DNA of 64,000 nucleotides from assembly GCA_013265495.1 (NCBI GenBank), contig MU058290.1:372001-436000 (forward strand), in the 5' to 3' direction. Made by a program: the position numbers and the translations under genes. This stretch comes from Vicugna vicugna. Lineage: Eukaryota. Each line of letters starts with the position of its first letter. The stretch's first letter is position 1. Below are positions 12,820-24,540 of the stretch, piece by piece. The notes beneath the pieces are model-generated. The model had not been told where the DNA came from, did no database searches, and worked only from the letters and a program-made list of their open reading frames with translations.

Positions 12820-14459
12820 TCTAATCCTTTGTTTTTAGTAATGAAAATTACTATTATTCAACCCATAATGATTAATTTCACATGGTAGTTTATCATGCTT
12901 CTTATACATTTAAAGTATCTGTCATTAAAGATGAATATAACATACGAGATGTATTGGAGAAAACAAGTAAAGTAACCAAGAGATTTTCTTCTGAAGTTTT
13001 CCTTACTGCTGCCACAAGTTTCCCTTAAAATTCACTATTTGAAGATTTTACTTTAGTTTATTTAAACAATAGCCCCCAATTTTCAAAACAACTGAAAACA
13101 AGGGAATCAAAGACATTTCAAAAAATTATTTCCCCATATTGCAAAATTTGTCCTTATTCCCTCTAGAACACCATCACCAAAGATGTCTTTTTAAGAATCA
13201 AATACAATTCAGAGAAAAGAACACAGTGATAGCTTTAATATAATGGAATCTCTAGTCATTTTTAAACAAGATACTTTTAACTTTTTTTGACTGATAACAG
13301 AAAATTTTAGTTAAAAAAGAATTTTGCTAAAGTGGAGTCTATAGAATATTTATAGTACTCACTGAATATAATCAAATAGAAAAAAATTCATTCTGTTCAG
13401 CGAGGTTATATTAAATAAGATAAATATGTTTATGGTGATACAGATATTACAAGCTCACTAAATTAGTAATGTATAAAATGAACTATGAACCTACACATTT
13501 AGAAGCAAACATAACCTTCCTATTGAGCTGGTTATGTCAAAGCAGGTTGTAGTCTTGTGGACAAGAAACCAAGAAGAGAAGGAAACTGAAAGATGAAGAC
13601 AAATTCTTTTTAATTTTTTAAACTGGGATGATTATGAAGAGCTAAACTAACTTGCTTTGATGGTCATTTTGGTGAGGCATCTGAGAAAATGATTCCCTTC
13701 TATGAGAAGTCAGCACTTTCCAAGCAAGAGCCCTCTCTTCTCAACAAGACAAGAGAGCAGTGATGCAGAGTAGCCACTTACTACTGGAATAGCAGCAACA
13801 GTGACTTGAATTCACAGTCTCAGAGTCACAGACTTTGACCTAAAATCAAAATGCACAAGACTTGGCTCCAAGCACTCTTTTTGACATTGAAATAAAATTT
13901 AAGAAAACTCACAAAAAAAACATGAGTCAACTGTAGTGAAACCATTGTAAATGAACTTCACAGATAATTCCCAACATAATTGTAAGAAGCAGTTCTTAAT
14001 ATATTCATCATTAAATGCTATGTGAATCTTAGTCCTCATATACATTTGATTTTACTATTACAAAATGTTTAATGCCTCTTTTCCTGAGGTTGCAGATGAG
14101 TAATAGGATGGACAAAGAGGCGGAGTTGAAAGAGGATACCAAAAAACATCCCAAAACCAAAAACGCCTCTATTTTCTCTTGCTTTTAGCCCCGGTGGATG
14201 GAACTAGTTTCATACTGTTTTGTTCAAAATATCTATAAAAGTCATACCATTCCTGGTGGCCCAGCTACTTCCTTTGAAGGGGAAGACCTGTGGATGACTT
14301 TGGCACCATTTGTGCACTTATTTTGGAGAGTGTCAGTTCCATGGTGATCTAAATTCTCTGAGAAATTTTTTTAAGGGGGTGGTTCTTGAATTGTAAGAGA
14401 AACCAATATTCATTGATAATCTCTTGAGCACACTGAATGTACAAGTGTATAGGTGAATG

Positions 14460-14810
14460 GGCTCACCTGTGGTGTGTAATAGCAGCAGTGCCCAGCAGAG
14501 AAGACGTCTCCTACATAGCATGAAGCTTTCCTAGATCATCCTGGGGAGAGTCCATAAATCTCCACTGGGTTTGATGTGGAAGCCCTGTGTGAGAGCTTCA
14601 TGCATAGCTTATTTCACTTCCCTTGTGCCATTAGATTCTATTGGTCTGTTTCCTACAGAGTGTGTTGTAACTGTGCTGGTCTTAATTTATACATCATTTT
14701 AGCCACTGTTGAGAATTCTCAGGTATCTCTTTCTTACATGTGATCCTGTAACTTTCCATGCTTTCCCTAGGGACCTTCCTGTTTCTTGCCTGGTTGTTTC
14801 ATTAAGATTT
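14460..14810 (-). promoter_or_regulatory. Candidate OR11H7 promoter and first non-coding exon
   Basis: Perfect palindromic O/E (EBF) site TCCCTAGGGA at 14764-14773. Homeodomain core TAATGA on - at 14799-14804. Minus-strand donor CAG|GTGAGC at ~14461-14469. About 2.9 kb upstream of the CDS. Confidence 0.55.
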
Positions 14811-14886
14811 CTGATAGGCTGGTGCATAGGGATTATTAGAAATAATGTGTTACATTGACTCTGGAGGGAACCTATAGTCTCCTTAA

Positions 14887-16457
14887 GCTTGTTTCTCAAA
14901 CAGGGTATGTGATTTTTGTGCCATGGGATACGTAAAGCCCCTAATTAAATGTCTTCTAAGAAAGGGACAATTTTACTCAGAGGAGATAATTTTGTATTGC
15001 ACCAAATATATGTGTACTATGGAGCAGAAAGTGTATTTTTTATTAAAAATTTTTTAAGTTGAAGCATAGTTAATTTACAATGTTGTGTTAGTTTCTGGTG
15101 TATAGCATAGTGATTTAATTATACATATATGTATATTCTTTTTCATTTTAGGCTATTACAAGATATTGAATATAGTTCCCTGTGTATATAGTGAGACCTT
15201 GTTGTTTATCTATTTTATATATAATAGTTCGTATCTGCTAATCCCAAACTCCTAATTCATCCCTTACTCTTCCCTTTTTCCTTTGGTAACCATAAACTTG
15301 TTTTCTGTGTCTGTGAGTCTGTTTCTGTTTTGTAAATAAGTTCATTTGTATTTTTTTTCAGATCCCACATGTAAGTGATATCATATGATATTTGTCTTTC
15401 TCTTTTGGCTTACTTCCCATAGTATAATATTTTCAATTTGTTGCAAATGGCATTATTTCATTCTTTTTTATGGCTAGGTAGTATTCCATTGTATATATTA
15501 CCACATCTTTTTTATCCAGTCATCTATGGATGCACATTTAAGTTGCTTCCATGTCTTGGCTATTGTAAATAGTGCTGCTGTGAACTTTGGGGTGCATGTA
15601 TCTTTTCTAATTTGAGTTTTCTTTGGATATATGCCCAGGAGTGGGATTGCTGGATCATATGATAACTCTATTTTTATTTTTTCAAGGACTCTCCATACTG
15701 TTTTTCCATAGTGGCTGCACCAAATTACATTTCCACCAACAGTGTAGGAGGGTTCCCTTTTCTCCATATCCTCTCCAGCATTTATTGTTTGTGGACTTTT
15801 TAATGATGGCCATTCTGACCAGTGTGAGGTGATACCTCATTGTAGTTTTGATTTACATTTCTCTGGCAATTAATGATAATCAGCATCTTTTCATGTGCCT
15901 ATTGGCCATCTGTATGTCTTCTTTGGCGAAATGTCTATTTAGGTCTTCTGCCCGTTTTTGGATTGGGTTGCTTGTTTTTTAATTGTTGTTGTTGTTATTG
16001 AGTTGTATGAACTTTTTGTATATTTTGGAAATTAAGCCCTTGTTAGTTGCATTGTTTGCAAATATTTTTTCCCAGTCCATAGGTTGTCTTTTTGTTTTGT
16101 TTATGGTTTCCTTTGCTGTGCAAAAGCTTATAAGCTTGATTAGGTCCCATTTGTTTATCTTTGCTTTTATTTCTATTGCCTTGGGAGACTGACCTAGGAA
16201 AACATTGCTACGATTTATGTCAGAGAATGTTTTGCCTATTTTCTCTTCTAGGAGGTTTATGGTGTCCTATCTTATAATTAAGTCTTTAAGCCATTTTGCG
16301 TTTATTTTTGTGTATGGTGTGAGGGAGTGTTCTAAAGAAAGTATGATTTTTAAGATGAAACTTTGGATTTTAAAGAAATGTTATCTCCAAATGCCCCATG
16401 TCTTCTGACCACTGTTCCCAAATATGGCTTGGTGGTAGAAAGGTTTGAGAAACACTG
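14887..16457. mobile_element. Probable hAT/Charlie-type DNA transposon fossil split by an L1
   Basis: Inverted termini tgtttctcaaac (14890-14901) and gtttgagaaacactg (16443-16457) flank the L1. Confidence 0.4.
15041..16334 (-). mobile_element. 5'-truncated LINE-1 (3' ORF2 + 3'UTR)
   Basis: The minus-strand ORF encodes L1 ORF2 C-terminal peptide ([13 protein letters not shown]...[10 protein letters not shown]). T-rich tail at the left end and a degenerate agaaagt TSD. Confidence 0.9.
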
Positions 16458-17421
16458 TACTAGAGTATCTCATCACCTAGCACCAGCAGAACTATCTTTC
16501 TGGCACACTTAAGTTCATTCATTCCCAGTGTGGCCATAGCTAAAGGGGTGTACTCTCCTTTTAAGTTGATTGGTCTCTTAGCTGATGATTTTCCTGCCTC
16601 AGCATAGGGTTTGGGCACCAAAATGGAATTTGTTCTTGGTATAATTTTCTCTGACTACTTTTCTACCTGAGATTTTGCCTTACAGTCTCCTGAGGGGCAT
16701 AAAAATATGCTTAGGGCATTGTTATTCCATATTGCAGGTGGTAGTGGAGGTGTTACAATTGATTTGGGAGGAAGCACTATGGGTAAGGATGCACAATTGG
16801 TAGAAAAGGTATTGAAGGTAAAATAAGGAGATTGATCATTGTGAAATACAGGGCCAAAGAGTATCAGTAAGGGAGAGAACTGAACGGAGCAGTCTATTGA
16901 GCTAGTGCTTTGAATGGCAGAAAGAAGAGTTTATACTTTATCTGTAAGTGATAGAGGTGTGACGCATACTCTGTTTTTGGTATGAAACACAGTCTCAAAC
17001 AATGGAAAAATGTCAGTTACTCTGTGTGTGTATGTGTGTATGTGTGTGTCTGGTGGTCCCTTTACCCACTGTCTTTAGGAATATTTATTTTTTGAATTTA
17101 GAGGATCACACCTTTTCTTGAAAGGTTCCAGGTACACATGCTTTTGATTCCTTCATGAGATAAGATTAAACCAGCAAAGATACATCACACACAAATATAT
17201 TTAACAACACCATATAATTACTCAGTGAAGTCGTCATGTTGAAAATGTTTTACTGAGCATTTATTATTGATGAGATGAACTTGAACAGCAGAGGAACTAT
17301 GAAAAATAAGTCTCTCCCTTACTTAAGTGTGAGCCAGGACACGGCTTCTTGAAGCAATTCTCTATTGTTTTAAGCAGTTAAGGTCACAAATGACAAATTC
17401 TGCTTCTCTTTCAAAGATGTC

Positions 17422-18414
17422 TCAATTTTGATTAATTCTTAACCCCAGGACTGTTTTTAGGGCATCTTTCATGTCTTTGTTTCGGAGACTATAGATAAGG
17501 GAATTTAAGAGTGGGGTCACTGCTGAATATATCAAAGTGATGATTTTCTGCATTCCTGCTGGGTTCCCTGATGTTGGGCTCACATACATCACCATGAGGG
17601 TTCCATAGAATAGAAACACCACCATTAGGTGGGACCCACATGTGGAGAAAGCTTTAGTTCTACCAGCACGAGAGGGAAAACGAACCACAGCTCTGAGTAC
17701 CAGCGTATAAGATCCCAAAATGGAAAGGAAGGGCCCAAAGATAATCATTGAGTTGAAGGTGTAACAGATAAGCTCAGTGGAAGGAGCAGGGATGCAGGCC
17801 AGTGCGAACAGTGGGCCTGGGTCACACACAAAGTGGTCAATGATGTTGGGTCCACAGAAAGGAAGTTGAGAGATAAGGACAATGGGCACTGGATAGCAGA
17901 GAAATCCACTTATCCAACAAACACAGATCAGGATCACACAGAACTTTCCAGTCATAATGGAGGGGTAATGTAGTGGGCGACAGATGGCTAGATACCGATC
18001 ATAGGCCATAACTGATAAGAAGAAACACTCTGTTGTACCAAGTGAAAAGAAGAAATAGAATTGGAGGAAGCAGCCTGTGAAGGAGATGGTCTTGGTATCA
18101 GAGAGGATGTTGACCAGCATATTTGGGACAGTGGAGGAAATGTACCAGATCTCTAGGAAGGCAAAGTTTCCCAAGAAGATGTACATGGGCGTGTGAAGCC
18201 GCCTGTCCCATTTCACTGCACAGACAATAGCCCCGTTCCCCAGTAGCGTCAGGAGATAGACCACCAGGATTAGAAAGAAGAAGAAGGTCTGCATCTCCCT
18301 TTGACCAGGGAAGCCCAGGAGGACAAACTCAGTCACAAAGTGCATTGTTGTGTTCTGGAATCCCAAAGCTGTTAGAGAAACAGAAGTATCAGTGCAGTGA
18401 ATAATAATGAACAT
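17422..18414 (-). CDS. OR11H6: Olfactory receptor 11H6 orthologue (330 aa from the upstream ATG; true start uncertain)
   Basis: OR motifs are present. The N-terminus MFIIIH..TSVSLTALGFQNTTMHFVTEF and TM5 ELICYTFNSMIIFGPFLSILGSY match recalled human OR11H6. The TM7 motif reads NSLIY. Confidence 0.88.
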   Translation of the reverse strand: MFIIIHCTDTSVSLTALGFQNTTMHFVTEFVLLGFPGQREMQTFFFFLILVVYLLTLLGNGAIVCAVKWDRRLHTPMYIFLGNFAFLEIWYISSTVPNMLVNILSDTKTISFTGCFLQFYFFFSLGTTECFFLSVMAYDRYLAICRPLHYPSIMTGKFCVILICVCWISGFLCYPVPIVLISQLPFCGPNIIDHFVCDPGPLFALACIPAPSTELICYTFNSMIIFGPFLSILGSYTLVLRAVVRFPSRAGRTKAFSTCGSHLMVVFLFYGTLMVMYVSPTSGNPAGMQKIITLIYSAVTPLLNSLIYSLRNKDMKDALKTVLGLRINQN

Positions 18415-21400
18415 CTATAGGTTTTGCTAACAAATGGCTAGAAAATGTACAAAATATTTGTATATACATTATCTCATTTGGTCCTCCTAATGACACTTTG
18501 AGCTGTAGGGAGGGGTGCTTTATCCTTATTTTACAGATAAGAAAACTGAATTTCAGAGACATTTAAGGGGTTCACTTGAATGTGCAAAGCCAGTAACTCC
18601 TAGATACACTGGCCTACTTGGAGATTGGTTTGAAACAAACTCTAGTTCATTTCAAATATTCATATAACCCTGAGTCTCAGTAATGTTTCATCTTTCATGT
18701 TTAAATCATTACCACCTGGATATCTTACATACAAGTTAATCTTTTTACACTTTTTTTTACTTTGAAATAAAATTGAGTATAAATCTAAAGAAAATAGCTG
18801 TAGAAGTTCAATTAAAAGGCAGACAAGAGTGGAAATGTGAGATGTGGGTCTTGAGCACGCTTGCTTTTGCTGCTCTCAGGGAGGTGCTACAGAACCCTCT
18901 GGATTCTGTAAAATGGCTTCAAAATCATCTATCCAGCTTTCTCTAGGTCACACTCTATGTGGCATCAGAATTTGCTGAATAATTCAGCCCATCCCCCTCT
19001 TGAGGAGCTCTGGTTCTCTCAAAGCACTTCCTTATGTTGAGGAAAATCTATTTCCTTTATTACTTCTACACATTGATCCTGGGACTCTCATTAGTTGAAG
19101 CTATATAGGATAAGTCTAATTCCTCTTGCATTATAGTGATGGTGGGGGCTTAACTGATGGCAGATATTATGTCCCCTATACATGGTTTCTTTTTGAGGCC
19201 ACCATTTTCCTGGGTTGTTTTCCCCTAAGCGTCACTGTTTCACATCATGGCTGGACTCTTGAGGTAAGGTGCATCTAGGTATGTCAATTTTTCTAGTCTA
19301 TAAAACCATGTGTCTTCATTATTGTGAGGAATTAAGTCCAAAACACTATAACTTGTCCATTCATCATCTTGCTTTTACCTAAATTAAATAATGATTAGAG
19401 AGTTTGCCTTAGGATGTGCTGATACCAAAAAGATCTTTCTCATATTAGCTGATTTAGGAGTTGAGACAGGACTATAAATTTGGATGTTTTTGCTAACAAC
19501 CTTCCTAAGACTATATTTCCAGGCTTATTTCTGTGTTTCCTGGTTAAAGTTCAAGATATTTGACTGGGTAAGCCACCATCAATATTTTAAGTTTAGTAAC
19601 ATGTTAACTATAAAAGTAGGATAATTGACTGTAGTTTTTATTAATGTCATTGTTAAGATACTTACAAAATTTCATCCTTTTGCAGTTTATACAATCTTCA
19701 GAGTGCAAGAGGCTTGCCTCTCAGTGTTTGATCAAACCTGGAGCAAACCCAGAGGATAAATGTTTTATTGACAAGGTGTATATTGGTATTGATTAACAAT
19801 ATTTTTAGAATGAGAAGGACTGCCTCTAATAAACATGATTTTTATGAAAATTTAAATTTTGTCCAAATGATTTAGTTCAATGGAATCTAAATATAATGAC
19901 CATATGTATCAGAATTTCTAGAGTTTTAATTTCAAATATACTTTCCATAGCTATACATATATTTGCCAGATCACATGCTATCATTTTTGGCTGGAAAAAT
20001 ATAATTGCTGGGCTTGTAATAAAAAAAAAGTTGAATGTTGAATTTAAGTTGTAGCACATTATTGATTTCCTTATTCATTTAGGCATTTAACAAATGTTTA
20101 TTCACCACTTGTTATATTTCTAGCAGTGTGCTAAGTTCTAGGGTACAATGATAAACATGTAAAATAAAACTCCCCCCCTTTTGGACTTTATGGTTTATAG
20201 AAGCAATCAAGACTGCCACTTACATCTGTACAGTCATTTCTGTATGTGACTGGGGCTTCCTTCAACTGTATGTTTTACAGCATGCCCAACTATATGTTGT
20301 GGGCCTGAAAAAAATATTTATTCCAGTTAGGAATAATTTAGATAAATCCATGTAGTGAAGGTAGTAGCATGATAAAAAACTTTATTTGACAATGAGATAT
20401 TTTGGCCTTTCAAGACGGTAGGCAGAGGCATGCGCTATGAGACGTGGATTGATTTATTATACTCACATGCCAGAAAGCTGTTGGCAGAAAGAAGAGAAAT
20501 ATAATTCCAATTCATGGTTTTTGATCTGGAACTAGATCTCATGAGTGTTAACTCCCACCTGGTCATTTTACTTCAAAATGTCCAAGACCTTTAGACATTT
20601 GTGCTGCAGTGAAATTTTAGTTATCTGTGGAATACAGGATCAGAGAAAAATGGATACATGAACTTTACAGATAATTTGAGATCTCTGCATCCATTTCTAC
20701 TGCCTCCACTTCCAAGTATATCTATTATATACTCAAATGATGAATTTAAATCCACCTCTTTCATCTTTCTGTTCACCTCAAATGATACAACAAATGAGCA
20801 GTTAGAAAGAAGAAGAGGAACACGGAACCTGGGCAGGTGTCTCTGTATGAACTTATAAGGAAGCCAGACCCTCCTCTATACCCACTTGCTTAGGATTTAA
20901 CCACTTGCTCAGGGAAGAGCACTTTAAACATTACAATTGCAAGGGTTCTTCTTTCTTTAAATATTTATATTTTAAGGTTAATTTGTAGATTAACCAAAGG
21001 ACAAGAAAGTCTGCTAGCCTACTTCTTTCTCAGTTTCTACTTGCCATTTTTCACTTGCCAACAACGTTGGAAAAATACAGACAACCTGCTTTAACTGCTC
21101 TTACTGAAGGACATTTGTCAACCAGACCTTCACTGACCAATGTTAGAAACAAAGTGGTACAAGACTCAGGCTGTATGTTAACTGGGGGAGATTTAATGCT
21201 CCCTCCAAAATATCCAAGACATTTGAGCTCTATTTTCCCTAAGTGAGTTGTGTAGTGGGAATTCTGGGATAGCAGAGTGAGCCCTTAATGTGAATATTTC
21301 ACCCGACACTCCTCAGGAGTGTGTGGGACAAGAGAACTGCAGGCCATAACACATTATTCCTACAAAGAACCAAGGAACAAAGAGTTAACAGATTTAGAGA

Positions 21401-21469
21401 AGAACAGCACACTCTTAGTATCTGACAGCAGTGGGTGTACAGGGGCAGTGATGCACTGATGCAGGCAGA

Positions 21470-21800
21470 CTTTCCTTGCATACCTGATGATGTTTCTGTC
21501 TCCAGGAGGAGGATGTGAGAGCAGCTCTAACCACAGAACTGTCCTCAGTACCCAAAGTAAAAGCTCATTCATGGATGGAGAGAAGCGTTTGCGGCTCCAG
21601 AGACTTGTATCCTTCAGTATTCTGAACCAAATGAAATTTATTTTTCATGTCAGTGATTATTAAGAGTTTACAAGTCTCTCCTGAGTGGGATCCATAGTTC
21701 CCCAGTGTGCTCTATTGGGAGGCTCCTAGTTCCCTGAGCATGTATCTCTGTGCATGCATCGAATCCCTCTGTATTTATTTCTATTTCCCCCAGTGGTTTA
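21470..21800 (-). promoter_or_regulatory. Possible OR11H6 5' exon/promoter region
   Basis: Non-repetitive, relatively GC-rich patch 3-3.4 kb upstream of the CDS. Minus-strand donor CAG|GTATGC at ~21478-21486. Only imperfect O/E-like sites (ttccccagtg, ttccctgagc). Confidence 0.3.
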
Positions 21801-22412
21801 ACTAGTGAGACAGAGGTTTGGATAAATATCCAGGAGTATCTACGAAAATTTTCTTCTTTGTGGTGATATCCTTCCTCTAAAGAACTGATCTGAGTTGGGG
21901 AAGGGAGATGGAGAGTGGGACAGGTTAATGGGAGAGGAGAGAAAAAAGGAGAGAAAGAGAAAGAATATGTGTGTGCATGTAAGGGGTGTGTGTGTGTGAG
22001 ATCTTTTCTCCAAAAAGTACATGTGCTTCATTCTTGGAGCCTAACCTATAAAGACTTAAATTAAAAAAATTCTCTGTCTATACATAGTTACTTAATTTTG
22101 TTACATTCAACATAAGATAAAGAATCTCTTTTTAAATTTTTAAGTGTAACTTGTACACATTTGTTTGAAAAAATTGAGTTTTCTGTAAAAGTGGATTTGT
22201 AATGTTGACTGACATTATGCAATATTACAGAAAATCAAAGTTTAGCACTATAAATGGCTGAGAGGTGGGAAGTATGAATTCTTTCACTGATATTGGGAGA
22301 AGGAGAACAAATAAGATGAGACAGAGAACCTGAGTGGGAGATGAATTCCATCATAGCAAGAGCTCAAGTAGAGAACACTACTGAGTTCAGGGGTGAGGCT
22401 ATATAAGGACAG

Positions 22413-22599
22413 AGCAGCTTCTAAAAAATGTAGTCCTTGTATCAGCAGTATTAACATCACTTGAGAACTTGTTAAAATGCAAGTTCTTAGGCACCCCCCC
22501 CGACCTAGTGAGTCAGAAACTCTCAGTGTGGGGCCCAGAAATCTGTTTTTAACAAACTTCTATGTGTTTCTATTGCATACTGAAGTTTGACAGCCACTG
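22413..22599. mobile_element. MER5A-like hAT DNA transposon fossil
   Basis: Matches recalled MER5A blocks: 'catcacttgagaacttgttaaaatgcaagttcttagg', 'gagtcagaaactct' and 'aagtttgacagccactg'. Confidence 0.75.
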
Positions 22600-23429
22600 T
22601 GTAGATCATTAAAGTCTGGGTTAAGTATGGGTATGTTTGAAGTAGCTTCTGAGTTTGGCAGGGATTTCAGTAGGATCAGGAGTTAGCTGAGCATGATTTG
22701 GAGAGAGGGTTAAGAATGATATTTGTAGGGATAATAGGCACTTGAAGCTGAGCTTTGGGTGATGTTGTACCTAGAAAAGCAAGATTAGATTCAAGTGTCT
22801 GGGAGGCTTTTGAAAGAGACCTAGGATAGGCAGAGAAATAATGGAGAAGATTATTCAGGCATCATGTGAAAGGGAGTGACCCGGGATTAAAAAGAGGGCA
22901 CTGGGTGGGAACAGAATTGAACCTAAAGAGAAGGTGGTGGGGAAATAGAAAACTAGGACCCAGAATCTAGCCAGAGTGGTTTTACTTATTAGCTGTAAGG
23001 GCTTGGTAAGTTCATTTCTTCAAATTTTAGCTACATACTCACCTTCCTTGTGTTCCCCACAGTAAGGCTGATATGAGAATGAAATAATAGATATAAAAAT
23101 AATTTGTAAATGTGTGTATAATAATAATATGACTAAGTGTGATTCAAGAGCCTCAGAAGTAGATTCCTAACTCCATTATCTCTCAAGATTGTCATGAAAA
23201 CACTACTCCAGAAATTAGAATTTCCTTTCTTAGTCTAGGAGGACTTTCCATTCCTCTTGGGCAAACCAGTACCCTGACTTTTCCCCCTCCCCAAATATTT
23301 ATCCCCAAGAACCGGTTACAGATACTTATTCCTTTAAAAAGAAGTAAAAAATTTTATTTGACAAGTAGAATAAGAGTTTTTAAATGCCCATACCTCTGTT
23401 TAGACTATTGTCAATGAAATAACTATGGG

Positions 23430-24010
23430 GATGACCCTTTTAAAATGTAAGTGGGATTATGTTACTCCTTTGCTCAAGAAGGCTTCCCATCTCATATAGA
23501 ATTAAAAGTTCTTACTATGGCTTACAAAGCCCTGCACCATTTGGCCCTCTGTATACTCTCTCTGACTTCATCTCCAATATTTTCCCCCTTAATCTCTCTA
23601 TTCCAACCAAGTCAAACTCTTTGCTGTTACTGGAACAAAGTCTTGCCTTAGGATCTTATAGAGAACTTACTTCCCTCTACCTGGAATGCTCTTCCCTCAG
23701 CAGTTTACATGCTCATTCCCTCATCTCCTTCGAGCTTTTCTTAAATGTTGCCTTCTCAGTGTGGCCTTCCCTGATCATCCTATTTAAAATTTCAGCCCTT
23801 TCTCCTATGCTTCCTGTCCTCCTTCCCCTTTCTTTATATTGCTTATCACTCTCCAACATGCTGTATATTTTATCATTTTTTATTGTCTGTCTCTTACTAG
23901 AAAGTAAACTCTACACAGTGTTTTTTGATTATTTTGGTCATAGCGTATCTCAAATGCCTACAAGAGTGTGTAAATAAAGTAGATGCTCAATAAATTTTTG
24001 TTGAATGAAA
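23430..24010 (+). mobile_element. L2 LINE 3' end
   Basis: Ends in the L2 terminus 'gtagatgctcaataaatttttgttgaatga', with typical internal L2a sequence. Confidence 0.75.
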
Positions 24011-24540
24011 AAATTACTATTGTATCTGATGTTGAAACATCACTTATATAAGCATACAACTATCAGTCTGTCCCTAACCTGGAAGATTCTCAACCATGAA
24101 GAGCCAAGGGGATAAGAAAGTTTTTCTAGGCATTTAAATTAAATTACTTCTTCACTTTTAAAAATACGAGACTGTCTTAAGAAATGTCTTTGGTACACCA
24201 ATGATTATTCATCTGGGATAACTGCTCTTGTTTGAGCTTCACCTCCATCACACAATAATCAAATCTAAAACTGAAATAGCACAAATATAATGTCCTCATA
24301 GTACTATATAAGAAGTTACCCATGTTGAAAATATTATTGTTACACTTTGAATGGAATATGAATCAGCTGTGGTTTAGCTCTGCCAGATTACTTGAAGAAT
24401 AAAATACTGATGGACCCCACTGGAAAATATCTTCTTTAAAGTGTGCACTGGAGAATTAGCAGCAGTAAATGAAGTATTTCTTAATTAATCTTTTATGCCT
24501 GGACAGTGGTTTGTTTGTTCTCATGTAGGTTAGTTTATGT

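Noticed and set aside
21425..21460. Shared 'gtgta...gcagtg' motif in the putative 5' exon regions (14474, 21435, 44191)
   Set aside because: Too short and degenerate to distinguish from chance without a formal alignment.
23459..23977. 172-aa Leu/Ser-rich ORF
   Set aside because: It lies within an L2 fossil and has low-complexity composition.
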